From contig CAZRYI010000001.1 in NCBI GenBank assembly GCA_964604255.1, positions 1 to 30,492 on the forward strand: a stretch of DNA of 30,492 nucleotides. The letters run 5' to 3'. The position numbers and the translations under genes were made by a program. The notes below the pieces were generated by a model that was not told the DNA's origin, made no database searches, and saw only the letters and a program-made list of their open reading frames with translations. Positions 25,726 through 30,492 of this stretch are shown one piece after another (within the stretch, counting starts at the first letter, position 1; each line of letters begins with the position of its first letter). This DNA is from an uncultured Nitrospirota bacterium. Lineage in GTDB: Bacteria; Nitrospirota; Nitrospiria; SBBL01; JAADHI01.

Positions 25726-25926
25726 TTATGACTGAAGTTTGTTCTTTTTATTTCGGCGAATCATCCAGCTGACGAGGCTGAATAAGAGATATCCACCAAA
25801 TAGGGTCCCCGTAATGAAATAGAAGTTTCCGATGATATGGGAATAGTTTTCGGCCAGATAAAAAAAGCCGGATAAAATAACGCTACAGGCAAAAACGAGT
25901 AGCCAGAGGCTAATCAATGGGTTCAT
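25726..25926 (-). CDS. Small two-TM membrane protein (66 aa)
   Basis: AAGGAG SD 5 nt before the ATG; two hydrophobic helices and a basic C-tail; stop lies 9 nt before the PolX-like start. Confidence 0.65.
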   Translation of the reverse strand: MNPLISLWLLVFACSVILSGFFYLAENYSHIIGNFYFITGTLFGGYLLFSLVSWMIRRNKKNKLQS

Positions 25927-25974
25927 TTAAGCTCCTTAAAGAAGACCGATTTTAATGAGACGGCGGTAGTCGGT

Positions 25975-26694
25975 CTAATAATCCTTCTCTGATACCGAGG
26001 CGAATGCAGATTGCCGGTCGATCTGCCCCGCATCGGCAAAACTAAAATAACTGTCACTCCCGATAATAACATGGTCTAAAACCGGTATGCCCAGCAGATG
26101 ACCGACGTCCACCAGTCGCTTGGTGATTGCCTGATCTTCCCGACTGGGCGAAGGGTCGCCACTGGGATGATTGTGTAAAAAAATAACCGATGCCGCGGAT
26201 TCCCGAAGCGCCGGACTGAAAACCTCTCTCGGGTGCACGATGGTTGATGTCAAACTGCCTTCTGAGATAGTGACATCCCGAATCACTTTGTTCTTTTGGT
26301 CGAGCAGAATGAGAACGAAAAATTCTTTTTTCGCACCCCTCAAACGTGGGGAAAAATATCCAAAGACCTGCTGGCTTTTGTTCATCTTCAGACCCTCCGA
26401 AAGCGGCAAGGATAAAAACCTTCGTCCCAATTCAAATGAGGCTTTCAGCTGGGCCGCTTTTGCTGGCCCGATGCCTCGGACAGAACAAAGCTCTGTGGTA
26501 CTGACATCGACCAAGCGAGAAAGTGGGTGAAATTTCTTCAAAAGATGCATCGCCAATTGCAGGGCATTTTCCTGGTCACTTCCGGTTCTGAGCAAAATGG
26601 CCAAAAGTTGTGCATCGGAAAGTGCCGCTGGCCCCTCTTTCAGCAAGCGTTCCCGCGGTCGCTCGGCTGTCGGCCAATCTTGGATATTTGACAT
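25975..26694 (-). CDS. radC: RadC / UPF0758 JAB-domain protein (full-length chromosomal type)
   Basis: ERPRERLL..GPAALSDAQLLAILLRTG, HhH GIGPAKA, VHPREVF, HNHPSGDPSPSRED, LDHVIIG. Confidence 0.93.
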   Translation of the reverse strand: MSNIQDWPTAERPRERLLKEGPAALSDAQLLAILLRTGSDQENALQLAMHLLKKFHPLSRLVDVSTTELCSVRGIGPAKAAQLKASFELGRRFLSLPLSEGLKMNKSQQVFGYFSPRLRGAKKEFFVLILLDQKNKVIRDVTISEGSLTSTIVHPREVFSPALRESAASVIFLHNHPSGDPSPSREDQAITKRLVDVGHLLGIPVLDHVIIGSDSYFSFADAGQIDRQSAFASVSEKDY

Positions 26695-26734
26695 GGCTTT
26701 CTCTCACGAAAGTGTCGCTATCTTTCTACAGCAG

Positions 26735-26793
26735 CGACAAAATAATGCCGGAGTGGAGTGACAATTTTTGTCTCGTTCGTCAAAAAAATGACG
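26735..26793. promoter_or_regulatory. Tandem palindromic enhancer-like sites upstream of a sigma54 promoter
   Basis: CGACA-N6-TGCCG (26735-26750), GACAA-N3-TTGTC (26760-26772) and perfect CGTCA-N6-TGACG (26778-26793). Confidence 0.55.
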
Positions 26794-26855
26794 TTTTTTG
26801 TAAATCAACAATTCAAAACCCCTCCTAAAACAGTACTTTAGATGTTTTAGTTCGT

Positions 26856-26872
26856 AAGGCATTCATATTGCA
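26856..26872 (+). promoter_or_regulatory. Sigma54 (-24/-12) promoter
   Basis: AAGGCATTCATATTGCA: GG at 26858-26859, 10-nt spacer, GC at 26870-26871; AAGGAGG SD downstream. Confidence 0.7.
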
Positions 26873-26914
26873 TTGTTAGAGAAATGTCATCAACGAATAA
26901 GGAGGAGACTAACA

Positions 26915-27088
26915 ATGGAATGTCCTAAATGTAGTGGATTAATGTATATGGAACGGCTGACAGATTTTTTTGTGATTTTCAATGTTTGGAAGTGTATTAA
27001 CTGCGGTGCGCTCATGGACAAGACCATCATTGAGAACCATCAGAAAAGTCTCGACGCTTTAGAGGCAGTTGGCAGTGCCTCAGGCTAG
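26915..27088 (+). CDS. Small zinc-ribbon-like protein (57 aa, two CxxC motifs)
   Basis: MECPKCSGLM...WKCINCGALMD; SD AAGGAGG before ATG 26915. The track start TTG 26873 has no SD and directly abuts the -12 element. Confidence 0.75.
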   Translation: MECPKCSGLMYMERLTDFFVIFNVWKCINCGALMDKTIIENHQKSLDALEAVGSASG

Positions 27089-27093
27089 TGAAA

Positions 27094-27699
27094 CTACTTG
27101 CATGAAAAATCGAAGGCCAAGGCCTTCTTTTTGCCCGTCTTGACGACACGAATGCCCTCAAGCTGCAATATGACTTTATTGCAGCGCTCTTTTTTCAACT
27201 TTTTAAAAAAAAGAATTCCTTTTCTTTGCTGCTCCGGTTGCAAGATCCCACCGGTCAAACGAGCAGCTTTGATCCGTTTCAGCTCCCGCGCCATCTTCTT
27301 TTCAGATTTAGGAAAGAGGATCAAGCGGGAAGGATCGTCTCCCACCCGGTAATATTCTTCCGTAGCGACCTCACTCAAAGCCTGAAGTTTTCCGTTGCCT
27401 TCAATTAGAAGGTAGGATTCGAGTGGTTTAAATGAGATTTCCCGTAAGGTATTGTTCGTCAAAGCAACCTCAAAGGCGGAAAAATAGGCAGAGAGATCAA
27501 CCCCCCACTGCTTTTCATCCTCCGAGGCAAAACCCTCTGTTGTGATCGGTTTGATAATCACATTGATCACTTCTTCTGTTTTAGCGCTCGGACCTTTTGC
27601 GCTGGGTTTCATCACGGGGGAAAAAGAAGTGCAACTGACAAGGGGAAAAAGCAGAACCAGCAGTATTATGAACCTGCGAATATGATGGCGGTTTTTCAT
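27094..27699 (-). CDS. Uncharacterised lipoprotein
   Basis: Basic N-terminus, hydrophobic stretch and lipobox LVSC; 201 aa. Confidence 0.7.
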   Translation of the reverse strand: MKNRHHIRRFIILLVLLFPLVSCTSFSPVMKPSAKGPSAKTEEVINVIIKPITTEGFASEDEKQWGVDLSAYFSAFEVALTNNTLREISFKPLESYLLIEGNGKLQALSEVATEEYYRVGDDPSRLILFPKSEKKMARELKRIKAARLTGGILQPEQQRKGILFFKKLKKERCNKVILQLEGIRVVKTGKKKALAFDFSCK

Positions 27700-27707
27700 C
27701 GGGGGTG

Positions 27708-27736
27708 ATTATAAGAAAGATGCGATTTAAAGTCAA
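27708..27736 (-). promoter_or_regulatory. Near-consensus sigma70 promoter, probably yielding a leaderless mRNA
   Basis: TTGACT (27736-27731), 17 nt, TATAAT (27713-27708), then 8 nt to ATG 27699; no SD. Confidence 0.75.
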
Positions 27737-27855
27737 AATGCAGCGCTTGTCACTTGGTCCCGAGTTTATCCTGCCGCTGATATTTCCAAAATGACCCTCA
27801 GCACAATAAATCAATTCATTAACAATGCAACACCCCCTTGTTCAGTAGAACCAGC

Positions 27856-29484
27856 TCATAATCCTTTGTGGTTCGCATACATCACAAATAATGTTCTCAC
27901 GAGGGCGATATATATTTTTGAACGTTCATCTTGTGAGAGGCCAGAAAAGCCACCCAGATTATGCGCTGAAAAGTTTCTTATAAGGTACGTGATGAGGAGA
28001 TGTTTTCCACAGCGCCTATCTTCTGGAATTTCTTTTGATTCCAATAGGCATTTTAGGTTTTGAATAAATTCGCCCATATTGTTTGGTTCAAGGCTTATCT
28101 TCCCTTTTTTTTGTCTTAATTTTTGATAGTCTTTTGCGCCAAATAATTCCTTAAAAATTCCCTCTAATTTCCTTTTTTTTCTGATCCAGTCCTTTCCATG
28201 ACCCTCAATGGAAATGGCAAGATCTGTGTAGCCGCTCCACATGTCATTTTCGCGCCACAATTCTTGCCCCCAATAGACCTTATTGATTTTACGAATTGCC
28301 GCAAGTGCAGTGCACTGAGGTGATTCACTTAGTTCATCGAAGAGCTGAAGGTAGAGAGATTCGGGTAGTCTCTCTTCTTCAATTAAATTGGCATTCAGTT
28401 CTTTTAAGTTCTCCTCAAGCATCCATTTGAAGTTTTTTTCAAGATCTCTTGTTTCGTCCAGGAAGAGTGTTTCTAAAGCTCCTTGGTAAATATCAACACC
28501 GTCCTCAGAACCACGACTAAGACTATTTTTGAATGGGCCAGCAACATCATCACAAATCTTCTGAAATGCATGGCCTGTCGCAAACCTCAAAAACCCAACT
28601 GTTCTTGCGATATAGGTCTCCGCTTCCAGGCTCAAAAGAATTTTTTCTAATTTTTTGCTTTTTTCATAAATTTCAATCAATTTTCTAAGAAAGCGAATCC
28701 AATTTTTGTAAGGAAAGGCTTGTAAATAATGCTCTGCGACAAGGGCCAGTTTTTTATCTGCACAATCCCAATCTTCTTTGCTATTTGCCTTTCTATCCAG
28801 ATATAGCCGATATAGATTTCTTCGATACGAAAAAAATCCGACTTTTTCAAAAAAAGGAATGAACTCGACCAATCTGGACTCAACGATACTACTATCAAAA
28901 ACTCCCCATCCTTTTTTGACTCCGGTTGCGCGATTGTGAGTATCAGTATTCTGCTGATCCAGCTCATGAAGAAAGAACACTTGCCAAGGGGCATAATAGT
29001 GCTCAGCCCTACTTTCTTTGCCTCTACTTGAGTCATCAATTATGACTTTATATCTTTTCCAAACCCTAAACCGTTGTTTTTGAGGGTTTAAAACAAAAGG
29101 CTGTAGATCATCCGAAAAATGTTGTTCTAAAGGATGTCCGTTTTCTAAGCATTCACTAAATGACTTGTCCATCCAATTTGAACAGTTGTGTATCGAATTT
29201 TCTAGAGATAACAGAGGTTGCCATTTGTCTAAAATTTTGTACTTCCGCTTGTTCGCAATGTAAACCGCCCGGTATCTTCTTCTCAGCAGTTCCCGAGGGT
29301 ACAGCAAGCGAATACAAGGGAAGAGTAACTTTCTTTTTTCATAAGTTTCCAATGCATACTCATTGACGTCCACTTTATTCGCTTTACAATACTTTATAAA
29401 TTCAGTGTGTTGGACATACGGGGTGTCATTTCTTGATCGGGCATGTGTTGGAATGTTTATAGAGATGTTCGCACTGTCGCTCAT
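27856..29484 (-). CDS. AT-rich hypothetical protein with C-terminal HEPN-like RNxxxH motif (candidate RNase)
   Basis: 542-aa open frame; YLIRNFSAHN at residues 500-509 in a predicted helical C-terminus; lower G+C than the neighbouring genes. The CDS is well supported; the function is inferred. Confidence 0.6.
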   Translation of the reverse strand: MSDSANISINIPTHARSRNDTPYVQHTEFIKYCKANKVDVNEYALETYEKRKLLFPCIRLLYPRELLRRRYRAVYIANKRKYKILDKWQPLLSLENSIHNCSNWMDKSFSECLENGHPLEQHFSDDLQPFVLNPQKQRFRVWKRYKVIIDDSSRGKESRAEHYYAPWQVFFLHELDQQNTDTHNRATGVKKGWGVFDSSIVESRLVEFIPFFEKVGFFSYRRNLYRLYLDRKANSKEDWDCADKKLALVAEHYLQAFPYKNWIRFLRKLIEIYEKSKKLEKILLSLEAETYIARTVGFLRFATGHAFQKICDDVAGPFKNSLSRGSEDGVDIYQGALETLFLDETRDLEKNFKWMLEENLKELNANLIEEERLPESLYLQLFDELSESPQCTALAAIRKINKVYWGQELWRENDMWSGYTDLAISIEGHGKDWIRKKRKLEGIFKELFGAKDYQKLRQKKGKISLEPNNMGEFIQNLKCLLESKEIPEDRRCGKHLLITYLIRNFSAHNLGGFSGLSQDERSKIYIALVRTLFVMYANHKGL

Positions 29485-29491
29485 AAGTTTT

Positions 29492-29530
29492 ATTCTAGGG
29501 TTTTTCTTGTTTTCTCAGTTATCCGAGAAA
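29492..29530 (-). promoter_or_regulatory. -10 element and overlapping palindrome upstream of the 542-aa gene
   Basis: TAGAAT (29497-29492) lies 7 nt before ATG 29484. Palindrome TTTCTCAG-TTAT-CCGAGAAA (29511-29530, one mismatch) covers the -35 position. Confidence 0.45.
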
Positions 29531-29560
29531 CAAAAAAGGGCGAACACAATGGCTCACCCT
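29528..29560 (-). terminator. Intrinsic terminator downstream of hisF
   Basis: Minus strand AGGGTGAGC-cattgt-GTTCGCCCT (two G-U pairs) followed by TTTTTGTTT. Confidence 0.75.
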
Positions 29561-29587
29561 CTTGAAAATATCCTGAAGACTACGCCA

Positions 29588-30352
29588 TCAAAGCCGAACT
29601 GGGACCCCTCGTTTTGCAAGATATACTTTTGCTTCATGGATGGAATAGGTTTGGTAGTGGAATATTGATGCGGCCAGTACTGCATCGGCTAAGCCGATGG
29701 TCACACCTTCATAGAGGTGTTCGAGTGTGCCGACACCACCGGAGGCGATGACGGGGATGTGGATCCGTTCGCAGACAGCGCGGGTGAGTTCGAGATCGTA
29801 ACCTGTGGTTTGCCCGTCCTGATCCATGCTGGTGAGCAGGATTTCTCCGGCACCGTAGGCTGCCATTTTTGCGGCCCATTCAATTGCATCAAGTCCGGTC
29901 GCATTACGTCCGCCGTGGGTATAGACTTCCCAGTGATTGTTTTTATCTTTAGAGCGTTTGGCATCAATCGCAACAACGATGGTGGAACTGCCGAATTGCC
30001 GTGAGGCTTCTCGCACAAATTCAGGACGCGTGATGGCAGCGGTATTGATTGCGACCTTGTCCGCCCCAGCGCTCAAGAGCATTTGCACATCCTCTACCTT
30101 GCGCACGCCGCCGCCGACGGTCACAGGCATCGAGACTTCATCCGCCGTGTGACGCACGATGTCGAGCAATATTTCTCGTTCATCAGAAGAGGCGGTGATA
30201 TCCAGAAAACAGAGTTCATCAGCCCCTTGCGCTTCATAGTTTTTTGCCACTTCGACGGGATCACCCGCATCTTTCAAATTGACAAAACTTACGCCTTTTA
30301 CGACGCGCCCCCCTTTCACATCTAAACAGGGGATGATACGTTTTGCGAGCAT
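29588..30352 (-). CDS. hisF: Imidazole glycerol phosphate synthase cyclase subunit
   Basis: [47 protein letters not shown]. Start set to ATG 30352; the track's 28-aa extension overlaps hisA. Confidence 0.97.
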   Translation of the reverse strand: MLAKRIIPCLDVKGGRVVKGVSFVNLKDAGDPVEVAKNYEAQGADELCFLDITASSDEREILLDIVRHTADEVSMPVTVGGGVRKVEDVQMLLSAGADKVAINTAAITRPEFVREASRQFGSSTIVVAIDAKRSKDKNNHWEVYTHGGRNATGLDAIEWAAKMAAYGAGEILLTSMDQDGQTTGYDLELTRAVCERIHIPVIASGGVGTLEHLYEGVTIGLADAVLAASIFHYQTYSIHEAKVYLAKRGVPVRL

Positions 30353-30353
30353 T

Positions 30354-30492
30354 TTAAGCTTTGTCCTTTGTTGTCGCTGCGATGGCTTCGGGTAAGGAAA
30401 TTCGTCCTTCGTACAAGGCTTTTCCGATGATGGCACTTGAAATACCGGGCATAAGAGAAAGCTGCTGAATCTGCTGCAAGGTTGTGACGCCG
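30354..30492 (-). CDS. hisA: ProFAR isomerase HisA, C-terminal end (partial)
   Basis: Hand translation [45 protein letters not shown]; GKALYEG motif; stop 1 nt before the hisF ATG. Confidence 0.88.
   Translation of the reverse strand, partial: GVTTLQQIQQLSLMPGISSAIIGKALYEGRISLPEAIAATTKDKA

Noticed and set aside
25975-26694. radC as a marker of an integrative element
   Set aside because: It has the N-terminal UPF0758 and HhH regions of the chromosomal form, not the short JAB-only form typical of mobile elements.
27856-29484. Additional R-x4-H strings (RFATGH, RRCGKH) suggesting a two-HEPN, Cas13-like protein
   Set aside because: They lack the polar residue after Arg, such short patterns occur by chance, the protein is small for Cas13, and no CRISPR array or cas gene is in the window.
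27791-29587. Calling the AT-rich segment a mobile element
   Set aside because: No transposase, integrase, terminal inverted repeat or tRNA target was seen; only composition and a weak repeat support foreign origin.
29485-29588. hisIE missing after hisF
   Set aside because: Split his operons are common and the rest of the genome is not visible, so no loss can be claimed.
30353-30436. 28-aa N-terminal extension of HisF in the ORF track (likewise the extensions on leuS, nth, the SMC-like, TPR, cupredoxin and zinc-ribbon genes)
   Set aside because: These come from taking the longest ORF. They overlap upstream genes or promoters, and downstream starts fit family N-termini, SDs or promoter positions better.

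Overview
This is a mostly core-genome bacterial window. Nitrospirota is a tentative guess from gene content and the small CxxC protein; no marker gene is present. In order, it holds: a sigma54-preceded nitrate/nitrite transporter with a truncated PP2C-phosphatase/Ser-Thr-kinase fusion; a DUF4124-like membrane protein; pdhABC (no E3); an SbcE/YhaN-like membrane-anchored SMC ATPase; an atypical clpS; a polyprenyl synthase; nth; a cupredoxin fusion protein; a PilZ protein; murJ; rpsT; holA-lptE-leuS; a secreted PDZ protein; a 44-aa membrane peptide missing from the ORF track; comEC; an ExeA-type ATPase; a FimV/SgmX-like TPR protein; a stand-alone, catalytically altered PolX palm-thumb gene; radC; a sigma54-preceded 57-aa zinc-ribbon protein; a lipoprotein; an AT-rich 542-aa orphan; hisF; and the end of hisA. 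The best novelty candidate is the 542-aa orphan. It has a C-terminal RNFSAH (HEPN-like) motif, an apparently leaderless promoter with an overlapping palindrome and degenerate flanking repeats, and could be a single-gene RNase defence or toxin module. Next are the radC-small membrane protein-PolX fragment operon and the type-1 copper/FTR1-like domain fusion. All family calls are by motif recognition and recall; no database search was run. No rRNA, tRNA, CRISPR array, integrase or transposase was seen.
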